Assembly (NCBI GenBank): GCA_048772705.1
Contig: JBLWGC010000159.1
Coordinates: 238,886-302,885 of the forward strand
DNA: 64,000 bases
Reading direction: 5' to 3'
Source: Leidyana gryllorum EB-2025a
Taxonomy: Eukaryota; Protista; Apicomplexa
Shown: piece after piece, positions 49,304-59,197 of the stretch
Layout of the letters: each line of letters opens with the position of its first letter
How positions within the stretch are numbered: the stretch's first letter is position 1
Notes under the pieces: model-generated
Databases searched by the model: none
What the model was told of the DNA's origin: nothing
Seen by the model: only the letters and a program-made list of their open reading frames with translations
Position numbers and translations under genes: made by a program

Positions 49304-49468
49304 AACTTACCTGCGGATTGCAACCGTCTGATCAATAAGAGGCGTGCAGAGGGCGGAGCAGCCTTTGCACTTCCGGTGATGTGAGGCCCTCGGGAGGACT
49401 GAACTAAGTCCAGTGTCTCCCATCTGAGACTTTCTGAGAGGGCGGACGAGGCTTGACTCGACGCCGAC
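49304..49468 (+). ncRNA. U1: U1 snRNA copy 3
   Basis: Same U1 motifs and cloverleaf. Confidence 0.92.
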
Positions 49469-49645
49469 AATGTGTTTTCAGGTTGCGATGAACGGGTAAA
49501 GTACTCTTGGTGACACTGTAGGTGAGATTGGCACATCAAATGGTTCAGTAGGCTGAGAACTCTCGAGGCACCCGACGACGGAGACGGCAGCGGGTCGGCG
49601 GAGACGAGACGGCGGGTACCTCCCTGTTCACTATCTGCAAAAATC

Positions 49646-49810
49646 AACTTACCTGCGGATTGCAACCGTCTGATCAATAAGAGGCGTGCAGAGGGCGGAG
49701 CAGCCTTTGCACTACCGGTGGTGTGAGGCCCTCGGGAGGACTGAACTAAGTCCAGTGTCTCCCATCTGAGACTTTCTGAGAGGGCGGACGAGGCTTGACT
49801 CGACGCCGAC
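49646..49810 (+). ncRNA. U1: U1 snRNA copy 4
   Basis: Same U1 motifs and cloverleaf. Confidence 0.92.
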
Positions 49811-49984
49811 AATGTGTTTTCAGGTTGCGAAAGATGGATGACGTACTCTTAGTGACACTGTAGGTGAGATTGGCACACCGAATGGCTCAGTAGGCTGAGG
49901 ACTCTCGAGGCATCCGACGGAGACGGCAGCGAGTCGGCGGAGACGAGACGGCGGGTACCTCCCTGTTCACTATCTACAAAAATC

Positions 49985-50148
49985 AACTTACCTGCGGATT
50001 GCAACCGTCTGATCACTAAGAGGCGTGCAGAGGGCGGAGCAGCCTTTGCACTACCGGTGGTGTGAGGCCCTCGGGAGGACTGAACTAAGTTCATGTCTCC
50101 CATCTGAGACTTTCTGAGAGGGCGGACGAGGCTTGACTCGACGCCGAC
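49985..50148 (+). ncRNA. U1: U1 snRNA copy 5
   Basis: Same motifs; 1-nt deletion in SL3. Confidence 0.9.
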
Positions 50149-50325
50149 GATGTGTTTTCAGGTTGCGATGGACGGGTAAAGTACTCTTAGTGACACTATA
50201 GGTGAGATTGGCACATCAAATGGTTCAGTAGGCTGAGAACTCTCGAGGCACCCGACGACGGAGACGGCAGCGGGTCGGCGGAGACGAGACGGCGGGTACC
50301 TCCCTGTTCACTATCTACAAAAATC

Positions 50326-50490
50326 AACTTACCTGCGGATTGCAACCGTCTGATCACTAAGAGGCGTGCAGAGGGCGGAGCAGCCTTTGCACTACCGGTG
50401 GTGTGAGGCCCTCGGAAGGACTGAACTAAGTTCAGTGTCTCCCATCTGAGACTTTCTGAGAGGGCGGACGAGGCTTGACTCGACGCCGAC
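50326..50490 (+). ncRNA. U1: U1 snRNA copy 6
   Basis: Same motifs; SL3 starts GGAAG. Confidence 0.92.
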
Positions 50491-50667
50491 GATGTGTTTT
50501 CAGGTTGCGATGGACGGGTAAAGTACTCTTAGTGACACTATAGGTGAGATTGGCACATCAAATGGTTCAGTAGGCTGAGAACTCTCGAGGCACCCGACGA
50601 CGGAGACGGCAGCGGGTCGGCGGAGACGAGACGGCGGGTACCTCCCTGTTCACTATCTACAAAAATC

Positions 50668-50832
50668 AACTTACCTGCGGATTGCAACCGTCTGATCACT
50701 AAGAGGCGTGCAGAGGGCGGAGCAGCCTTTGCACTACCGGTGGTGTGAGGCCCTCGGAAGGACTGAACTAAGTTCAGTGTCTCCCATCTGAGACTTTCTG
50801 AGAGGGCGGACGAGGCTTGACTCGACGCCGAC
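50668..50832 (+). ncRNA. U1: U1 snRNA copy 7
   Basis: Same motifs; SL3 starts GGAAG. Confidence 0.92.
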
Positions 50833-51009
50833 AATGTGTTTTCAGGCTGCGATTGACGGGTACGGTACTCTTAGTGACACTATAGGTGAGATTGGCACAT
50901 CAAATGGTTCAGTAGGCTGAGAACTCTCGAGGCACCCGACGACGGAGACTGCACCGAGTCGGCGGAGACGAGACGGCGGGTACCTCTCTGTTTGCTATCT
51001 ACAAAAATC

Positions 51010-51174
51010 AACTTACCTGCGGATTGCAACCGTCTGATCACTAAGAGGCGTGCAGAGGGCGGAGCAGCCTTTGCACTACCGGTGGTGTGAGGCCCTCGGG
51101 AGGACTGAACTAAGTTCAGTGTCTCCCATCTGAGACTTTCTGAGAGGGCGGACGAGGCTTGACTCGACGCCGAC
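51010..51174 (+). ncRNA. U1: U1 snRNA copy 8
   Basis: Same U1 motifs and cloverleaf. Confidence 0.92.
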
Positions 51175-51351
51175 GATGTGTTTTCAGGCTGCGATGGACG
51201 GGTAAAGTACTCTTAGTGACACTATAGGTGAGATTGGCACATCAAATGGTTCAGTAGGCTGAGAACTCTCGAGGCACCCGACGACGGAGACTGCAGCGAG
51301 TCGGCGGAGACGAGACGGCGGGTACCTCCCTGTTTACTGTCTGCAAAAATC

Positions 51352-51516
51352 AACTTACCTGCGGATTGCAACCGTCCGATCAATAAGAGGCGTGCAGAGG
51401 GCGGAGCAGCCTTTGCACTACCGGTGGTGTGAGGCCCTCGGGAGGACTGAACTAAGTTCAGTGTCTCCCATCTGAGACTTTCTGAGAGGGCGGACGGGGC
51501 TTGACTCGACGCCGAC
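51352..51516 (+). ncRNA. U1: U1 snRNA copy 9
   Basis: Same motifs; substitutions at the SL1 closing pair and in SL4. Confidence 0.9.
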
Positions 51517-51695
51517 AATGTGTGTTTTCAGGCTGCGATGGACGGGTAAAGTACTCTTAGTGACACTATAGGTGAGATTGGCACATCAAATGGTTCAGTA
51601 GGCTGAGAACTCTCGAGGCACCCGACGACGGAGACGGCAGCGGGTCGGCGGAGACGAGACGGCGGGTACCTCCCTGTTCACTATCTGCAAAAATC

Positions 51696-51860
51696 AACTT
51701 ACCTGCGGACTGCAACCGTCTGATCAATAAGAGGCGTGCAGAGGGCGGAGCAGCCTTTGCACTACCGGTGGTGTGAGGCCCTCGGGAGGACTGAACTAAG
51801 TTCAGTGTCTCCCATCTGAGACTTTCTGAGAGGGCGGACGAGGCTTGACTCGACGCCGAC
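51696..51860 (+). ncRNA. U1: U1 snRNA copy 10
   Basis: Same motifs; helix H reads CGGAC. Confidence 0.9.
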
Positions 51861-52037
51861 AATGTGTTTTCAGGTTGCGAAGGATGGATAACGTACTCTT
51901 AGTGACACTATAGGTGAGATTGGCACATCAAATGGTTCAGTAGGCTGAGAACTCTCGAGGCACCCGACGACGGAGACGGCAGCGGGTCGGCGGAGACGAG
52001 ACGGCGGGTACCTCCCTGTTCACTATCTACAAAAATC

Positions 52038-52202
52038 AACTTACCTGCGGATTGCAACCGTCTGATCACTAAGAGGCGTGCAGAGGGCGGAGCAGCCTTT
52101 GCACTACCGGTGGTGTGAGGCCCTCGGAAGGACTGAACTAAGTTCAGTGTCTCCCATCTGAGACTTTCTGAGAGGGCGGACGAGGCTTGACTCGACGCCG
52201 AC
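52038..52202 (+). ncRNA. U1: U1 snRNA copy 11
   Basis: Same motifs; SL3 starts GGAAG. Confidence 0.92.
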
Positions 52203-52379
52203 GATGTGTTTTCAGGTTGCGATGGACGGGTAAAGTACTCTTAGTGACACTATAGGTGAGATTGGCACATCAAATGGTTCAGTAGGCTGAGAACTCTCGA
52301 GGCACCCGACGACGGAGACGGCAGCGGGTCGGCGGAGACGAGACGGCGGGTACCTCCCTGTTCACTATCTACAAAAATC

Positions 52380-52544
52380 AACTTACCTGCGGATTGCAAC
52401 CGTCTGATCAATGAGAGGCGTGCAGAGGGCGGAGCAGCCTTTGCACTACCGGTGGTGTGAGGCCCTCGGGAGGACTGAACTAAGTCCAGTGTCTCCCATC
52501 TGAGACTTTCTGAGAGGGCGGACGGGGCTTGACTCGACGCCGAC
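52380..52544 (+). ncRNA. U1: U1 snRNA copy 12
   Basis: Same motifs; SL1 loop GAUCAAUGAG; followed by T6. Confidence 0.92.
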
Positions 52545-52783
52545 ATTTTTTGCCAGAGACATATGCAGCAAAACATAGCTCCCACTCCAGTGCAAAGTAT
52601 TGTGAACCGTCGATTCAAAGCGGTGAGGATAGGGAGAGAGACGGCGAGGGTTTTGGCGGGGCTGCCAGATTAAATTTCGTGACCATCATCTACCCCTTTA
52701 ACGCTTCCTACATATCAATACTGCCCCTCGAACCATCCCTTCGTATCGATAATTAAAGAGCGGACGTTCTTTGAATCTCAACA

Positions 52784-54190
52784 ATGGAATCAGTGCATCA
52801 ACAAGATGTTTTACTCATCACAATGGAAGCACATGGACACATTCGTCCGTTTATGGCACTGGGGCAGTTATTGCATCAATACAGTAATGGAGAAATTCGT
52901 TGTCATCTTCTGTACCCGAATATCGGCAATGATAAATTACCTGTCTCTGAATTTCCGGATGTTGGTATATTAGCCATAGAGGTCCCGCAAGAGGCTCGGG
53001 ACATCTCCGACATGATAGAGCGATTCAAGTGGATGATCTCACACGGTGAGCTGCTGCTGGAGCGTGGTTTCAATTTGGCGAGCAATTTGAGTCTCCGAGC
53101 GGTGATCTATGAGTCTTTCCTGGAATGGGGTCACAATCTTGCCGAGATGCTGGGAGTCAAAAGCTTCGCATTCTGTACCTTCGCACTACACATGTACTAT
53201 CTGATGGGCAGAATCGGATGGGGTTCTCAATTGACTCCGTCTGATGAGCAAAGAACCATAAAAGGATTGGGCACTCTCAGTGCACAATGTCTCCCATACG
53301 GTGACGGAACAGTTTGGAAAGGAATGTTGAAACCTGGCAGCTCTCGCAGTATCATAGCGAATGACAGCCCGTGCCAACCAGGCTTTCCAATTCTACAAGA
53401 CATTGTCGAAAGAGATCTACTTGTGGCCACCCCAAAGTATGAGAAGGGCGTGGTACACACCCTTGGATATCTCAACGATATGCTGCCAGCGACCAGATCC
53501 AACGATGGGGCTGATGACACTATCGCATGGCTCGATACTCAACCCGACCGCTCAGTCATCTTTGTTGCACTCGGCTCCTGGGTTCAACTGGATGTGTGTG
53601 ATGTCATTGAGTTGGCTGAGGCCTTACGACTGCTGGATGCTCCATTCCTATGGGCTCTTCGAGCCCGGGTGGGAGACAGTAAGAGGTGTAATGGCTCCCC
53701 AGACGTTGGAGGGGGGGATCAGGCTGAGCATTGCCGACTTCCGCCTGTGGATACCGACCAGTACGGTCTCCCTGTGGGCTATCGAGAGGAAATAGAAGGA
53801 CGCTCTCTAATAGTGCCGTGGGTGGATCAGAAGAGAGTACTGAAGCATCGAGCTATCAAGCTGTTCATCACACACTGTGGATGGAACAGTTTGACGGAGA
53901 GTGTTGCTATCAGTCCGGTCCCCAAGGCATTCATCCCTGTGGCTGGAGAACAGGCCCTGAACGCTGAAGTAGCTGAACGGTTCTGGAAGATTGGTAAACA
54001 GCTCTGGGTGGACGGCAAGCCGAAAACTCTGCAACGGAATGTCATCGTTGAGAGGGTGACAGAGTGCCTGAAGGATCCCACAATTACACAAACTGCCGAG
54101 AAGCTGCACCGCGAGCATCAGACTCACTTGAATTCGAGAGCAGAACTCTGTATTCAGCGCCTATTGGCTGATATACGCAGTGACCAATAG
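52784..54190 (+). CDS. family 1 UDP-glycosyltransferase, plant PSPG-type (468 aa, intronless)
   Basis: AHGHIRPF (catalytic His), VIYESFLEWG..AEMLGV, WLDTQPDRSVIFVALGS, PFLWALR and PSPG box WVDQKRVLKHRAIKLFITHCGWNSLTESV..P..FIPVAGEQ; no signal peptide or C-terminal TM. Confidence 0.95.
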   Translation: MESVHQQDVLLITMEAHGHIRPFMALGQLLHQYSNGEIRCHLLYPNIGNDKLPVSEFPDVGILAIEVPQEARDISDMIERFKWMISHGELLLERGFNLASNLSLRAVIYESFLEWGHNLAEMLGVKSFAFCTFALHMYYLMGRIGWGSQLTPSDEQRTIKGLGTLSAQCLPYGDGTVWKGMLKPGSSRSIIANDSPCQPGFPILQDIVERDLLVATPKYEKGVVHTLGYLNDMLPATRSNDGADDTIAWLDTQPDRSVIFVALGSWVQLDVCDVIELAEALRLLDAPFLWALRARVGDSKRCNGSPDVGGGDQAEHCRLPPVDTDQYGLPVGYREEIEGRSLIVPWVDQKRVLKHRAIKLFITHCGWNSLTESVAISPVPKAFIPVAGEQALNAEVAERFWKIGKQLWVDGKPKTLQRNVIVERVTECLKDPTITQTAEKLHREHQTHLNSRAELCIQRLLADIRSDQ

Positions 54191-54441
54191 TTAGTTAGCT
54201 AACGAACTTGTCTTGAAATGATTATCCTATAATGAATGATTATGCTATAATGATCATCGAGCCCCAGTCCTCGCTAGACACAGCCGATCGAGATGTCGAT
54301 CCAAATAGAACGAGGGAGGGAGCCGACATTTCCTGGGGAGCACCGTCTCAGTGGTAGAAAGAGATATGTGACTATGCATCCTCTGCACCATGGCATGAGA
54401 CAGGAGGAGTGGGTCAGTCTAGGGGAGTAATAGACAGACAG

Positions 54442-54612
54442 TGAGTGGTTCTGGGAGTGCGAGGGCTTAAATGATACGTTTCTGGGTTATTAGCGTCGAG
54501 CATCGTGGTCTAGCTTCTGTCTTTTGCAAAACAATAAACTACCGCTACGGGTGTTACGTCTCTAGGGAGACGTTGTGTCTCTAGGAAGTTGTTACTTTCC
54601 TTTCACCTCTCA
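54442..54612 (-). repeat. 3' LTR of copy B (171 bp, TG...CA)
   Basis: Reverse complement of 59027-59197, identical by eye. Confidence 0.97.
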
Positions 54613-54620
54613 CGCCCCCT

Positions 54621-57600
54621 CTAAAGAGCAACTTCCTGGGTGCCGGGATCTCTCACTTGGAGACATAGGCGGTAAGCAGTGGCACTAGCACGGCTGGCCA
54701 CTCGGCGTCTCTTCCGAGACCTTGACTTCGGGGCTGGCCGTAGGTCAGTTCCCCGAGCGTGTAGTGTTGCCGTCAGCACATCCTCGGCCTTGGCGAGCGG
54801 CTTGGCGCGTAGGTCGGCGAGCTCGTCTAGCTCGGCGAGTTGGAGCATCTCCGGCGCTTGCGGTGCAGCCAAGCGGAGCAGCTCCCCGACGGACACCGTT
54901 CTCTCTTCCTGCGGATCTCGGCAGGATTTAATGGTGGCGCCCGTGCCTGACTCGCTCACCGCGATGACCTCATAAGGTAAGCTGAAGGTCGGGGTGAAGC
55001 GGCTCGCGCCGTAGTGGCGAGTCAGTGCAGCGCGCTCACCTTCGCTGAGGCGGACGACGACGGTGTCTCCGACCTCAGGGAGGTAGCGTACGGCTGGGCG
55101 GCGAGCGTCGGCTGCTTTTGCCGAGAGTTGCACGGCGTGCTGCCTCGCCAGTTCCAGAAGTTGGAGACGGTCTCCCGTGTCCAGTGTAGGCTGGAGGGCG
55201 TCTAACTCTTGGCTCGTCGGGGTGCCCATGGGTAGCCCCGAGAGCATGAAGAAGGGGGACTCACCCAATGCGGGGTGATGCGTGGCTCGATAGGCGTACA
55301 TTACTGTGGCCACTGCGGTTGGTAAGGGGAGGCTGGACTGGGCCACGAGCGCGTTGAGTCCACGGTTCAGGAACTGGTGAAAGGCCTCGCATACTGCGTT
55401 CCCTTGCTTGTGGGCTTTCCAGGTGTACATGACCTGGATGCCATGGCGCCTCGCGTCTTCCTGGAACGACTCGGCCCTAAAGGCCGTGCCGTTATCACAA
55501 ATGAGCCTCGTTGGGGCTCCGTACCGGCAGATCCAATCCTCGTAGAGGACTCGCCAGGCAGTCTTGGCCGTTACGTCCGGGACTGCTATGGCCTCGGCCA
55601 CTCGTAGGCAATGGTCAATCATCGTTTGGATGTAGTAGACCTTACCACCCCAGGGGAAACTTCCTACGTGGTCAATGGCCACCGTGTCGAACGGGCGTGG
55701 AGTCACGTGGTCTCCGGGGCCAGCGGTGTTTACGATTGCTCGACGGCGCGCGCAGATTTGGCATTGCCGCACCATCTCGGTTACGTCCGCTCGTAAGTTT
55801 GGCCAATAGAAGCGCCTCGCGATGGCTGCGGCTGTTCGCCTGATCCCTTGGTGGGCGCCAACAGTACCACAGTGGTGGTAGAGAACGATTTGAGAACGGA
55901 GTGCGGCTGGCACATAGGCTCGCATGGACTCCGTCCACCAGACTCCGCCCCTATGGGTGCAGCGGAAGGCGGTCGGCTCGCTCTCTGCGGCCGTCGCTGC
56001 TTTAAACTCTTCCAGCGTTGGCAGTGTGAAGCCAGTGTACGCTGGTTGAACCGAAATCTCGAGTCGGTTCAGGAGTGCGGTCAACGATATGCGGTCATCG
56101 ATGACGGCATCCATCGGTTGGTCGTTGTCGATCCGGCTTAGGTGATCGACGTGACCCTGCAAAATCCCTTTACGGTAGTGGATCTCGAAGTCATACTCGC
56201 TCAGAGCGAGCGCCCATCGGGCGATCCGGCGGTTGGAGGCTGTCCAGAGCCACTTCAACCCCTCGTGGTCCGTACGGACTGTGAACGGTCGGTACCTCAG
56301 GTACTCGGCGTACTTCGCGATGGCACAGACGATGATGAAAGCTTCCAGTTCGCGGATAGGCCACTTCCTCTCCGCTTCCGACCATCGACGGGAGTAATAG
56401 GCGATTGGCCGGGGCTCTCCGTCGTCTCCGGGCTGCAGCAAGATGGCACCTCCTCCGATCTCACTAGCGTCGGTGTCGAGGATGAACTCCTTATCCGGAT
56501 CGGGGTACGCTAAGAGGACGTCCTGCGCAAGTGCCTCTTGCAGTGCGCGGTAGGCCGCGACGGTCTCTTCCGTCTCATCGATCGGCCCGTCTGCGCCCCC
56601 TTTGAACAGGTCGTACAGAGCACTCGAGATCTCGCCGAATTGGGGGATGAAGGTCCTGAAGTAGGATGCTAGCCCTAAGAACGAGCGAAGTTCCGACATC
56701 GTTCTGGGGAAGGGCGTCTCCATAACCGCCTTGACCTTGGCCGGGTTTGGCCGGATCCCATTCTCATTCACGACGTGCCCCAAGTACAGGATCTCCTTCT
56801 GGAGGGCCGATGACTTCTTGATGTTTAGGTACAGTTTCGCGTCAGTCAACCGTTTCAGGACCTCGTTGAGGGTCCGGTTGTGCTCATCGACGCTTCGCGA
56901 GTAGATGACGATATCATCCAAGTAAACTAGGACACCGTTCCCTAGTAGGGGTCCTAGCACTCTGTGCATGACTCGTTGGAAAGTGGCAGGCGCGTTCCGT
57001 AAGCCAAAAGGCATCGCCGTACAGGCGTACAGTCCTCGCGGGGTTACTATCGTCGTCTTCATCACGTCCTCCTCCGCCACCCTGATCTGATGGTACCCAG
57101 ACTTCAGATCAAGAGATGTGAAGACGGCTGCTCCTCGCAGGGACCAGACCAAGTGTTGGATGTGGGGGAGCGGGAACCTGTCCGGTACCGTGACTTTATT
57201 CAACTTGCGATAGTCAACGCAGATGCGTAGTTCGCCTGTCTTCTTGGGGACGATGACTACGGGCGAGGACCAGGGAGACCCTTCCACTGGTACCAGTGCT
57301 CCAACCTTCACGAGGTCGCCGAACTGGCGGTCCACTTCGGCCTCGGCGTCTGGGTGTAGGGGCCTGGCGCGCTGGAAGACAGGGCGTGCTCCAGGGGTGA
57401 TCTCAATGCGGTGAGTCTCTATGTCGCACTTGGCGATGTGGGTCTTCGCCCAGCACGCCTCGTTCCGCTGGAAGATCTCCAGTACGTCTCTCTTGGCCTC
57501 TGGACCAAAGACATCTGACGTGATTGCCATCACGTCCTCGAGGGTCCGGTGGTCGATGGCTTGCTGAAGCTCAACGAGGTTCAGCTCATAGGTTCCGCCC

Positions 57601-59026
57601 GGTGCCTCGAGTGGCACGGTTTCCCCTCCTATCTCCAGTGTTCGTGTTGCGTAGTCTAATCGACTGGCGGTGCCCAGTAGGTATGTACGGCCGAGTAAGT
57701 CGCTGCCGACCGCCTCGTCTGGCACCACTAGACAGCGCTCCAGTGCTGTGGTTGTGCCCACGGTTATCGGGATGGTCACCTCTCCCAAGATCTGTACTGC
57801 TCCTCCTACGCCCTTCGCCCCGAGCTGGCTGGCTCCCACTGTATCCGGCTGGGTCCCATGCTTCATCGCGTTCTGGAGTGTACTGCGCCTCAGGACTGTC
57901 ACGTCCGCCCCAGGGTCCACCGTCATCACTATCGGAATATGACCAACGAGAGCTTTCACGCTGCCGAAGCTCTGCGAGAATGCGATCGTTTCGGCTGGGC
58001 TCATGGCCTGCGGCTGGCATTGTACACGACCCACGTGGGCCTGAGTCGCGGTGGGGGTCTCACCGGTGGGTTGCCGCTGCTGTTCCGTCGGGGGCGTCAT
58101 GTCTTCGTCCACCTGGGTGGGCTCTGTAGTGTTTCCGGTCGCAGCCTGCTGGGAGGCGTTCCGGATGGCGTCTCTCTTGTCTCTCTGCCTGTCCCGGTTC
58201 TTCTGGTTCTTCATCGCCTCCTGCTGCTGCCGCTCTCGGAAGTAACCACCTAGCCTGCCCAGCGCCTCTTCGAGCGACTTGGGCTGCTTTACTACGATGT
58301 GAACGGCAGTCTTCCTTTGGTGGAGGACCATCTGCGACCCTAACTGGATCTCCTTGACTTCGCAGTCCTGCTCACGGTGTCCCTTCGTGCCACACTTTGG
58401 GCAGGGGAGGCGACACCGAGTCTCCGTGTGTCCGGCTTGCTGACACCGGTAGCAAATGATTGGGGGCTTTGCTGTGCCCGTAGTGCCTATTGGGGCTGAC
58501 TCGCCCGCTACGTGGTACAGACGTGGCCAGGAGGAGATAGTCTCTTCCTCACTGGACTCAGAGTCTGACGTATATCGAGCGTTGAGGCTTCGTAGTGCCG
58601 CTACGACCTCAGCCAACGTCTCGGGACGGGGGTGGAGCCCGTGTAACTTCGCGTTTAAGGCCGGCGGGGCCATGCGGACTAGGGTCGCCACCCAGTCCGT
58701 TTCTCGACGCCGCTTCCGCGGGTCCCAACGCTTACTCAACCTGTCGTGAGTCTTACGTAATGCCTTGAAGGTTCGGAGGGCCTCATTCAGTGTCTGGCAC
58801 GGTGGTGGCCGCTGCGCTAGCTTCCGAATTTGACGGAACCAGTCTCCTCCCTCGAAGTGTTCGCGCACCAGCGCGTCGCAGAAAGCTGTTGCAGTCTCCG
58901 CCTGTATGTTCGAGGAGCTCAGAGTCTCTCCCAGAGACCCGCACGCTGTTGCCCTGATGAGCAAGGGGAGTGCTCGGTCTGGGTATCCACGCGCTGCCAG
59001 CGCTATGGCCCAGTTGTGGCATTGAT
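54621..59026 (-). CDS. Gag-Pol polyprotein of copy B, 5'-truncated
   Basis: The 1447 aa of the track ORF match the C-terminal part of ORF 59136..63824; the N-terminus is missing at the junction. Confidence 0.85.
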
Positions 59027-59197
59027 TGAGAGGTGAAAGGAAAGTAACAACTTCCTAGAGACACAACGTCTCCCTAGAGACGTAACACCCGTAGCGGTAG
59101 TTTATTGTTTTGCAAAAGACAGAAGCTAGACCACGATGCTCGACGCTAATAACCCAGAAACGTATCATTTAAGCCCTCGCACTCCCAGAACCACTCA
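59027..59197 (+). repeat. 5' LTR of copy A (171 bp; TGAG...CTCA termini)
   Basis: Direct repeat of 63833-64000. Confidence 0.97.

Larger units (their letters stand above)
48568..52545 (+). repeat. tandem array of ~342-bp units (12 U1 snRNA genes plus spacers)
   Basis: ACTTACCTG recurs at 48621, 48963, 49305, 49647, 49986, 50327, 50669, 51011, 51353, 51697, 52039 and 52381 (period 339-344). Confidence 0.97.
54442..59026 (-). mobile_element. Ty3/gypsy LTR retrotransposon copy B (3' LTR + internal region; interrupted in gag at 59026)
   Basis: Reverse complement of 59419 onward; 3' LTR 54442-54612, PPT 54615-54622. Confidence 0.97.

Noticed and set aside
52240-52256. SP6 promoter-like TTAGTGACACTATAG in the repeat spacer (vector contamination)
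   Set aside because: It lacks one G relative to SP6, varies among units (ACTGTAG), and is embedded in a native repeat.
52355-52392. Spliced-leader RNA array (minus strand CAG|GTAAGT followed by Sm-like ATTTTTG)
   Set aside because: The perfect donor is just the complement of the U1 5' end ACTTACCTG; the + strand carries the complete U1 structure.
48568-52545. CRISPR array
   Set aside because: Whole 342-bp units are repeated with no unique spacers; eukaryotic context with no cas genes.
48457-52618. Repeated minus-strand 'MSASSQASSALSESLRWETL' ORFs as a repeat-protein family
   Set aside because: They are antisense to U1 genes. Nearly every unit has in-frame stops, most lack an ATG, and unit lengths vary by non-multiples of 3.
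54335-54410. tRNA near the retroelement insertion (TCTCAGTGGTAGA A-box-like)
   Set aside because: No T-arm/B-box or acceptor stem could be built.
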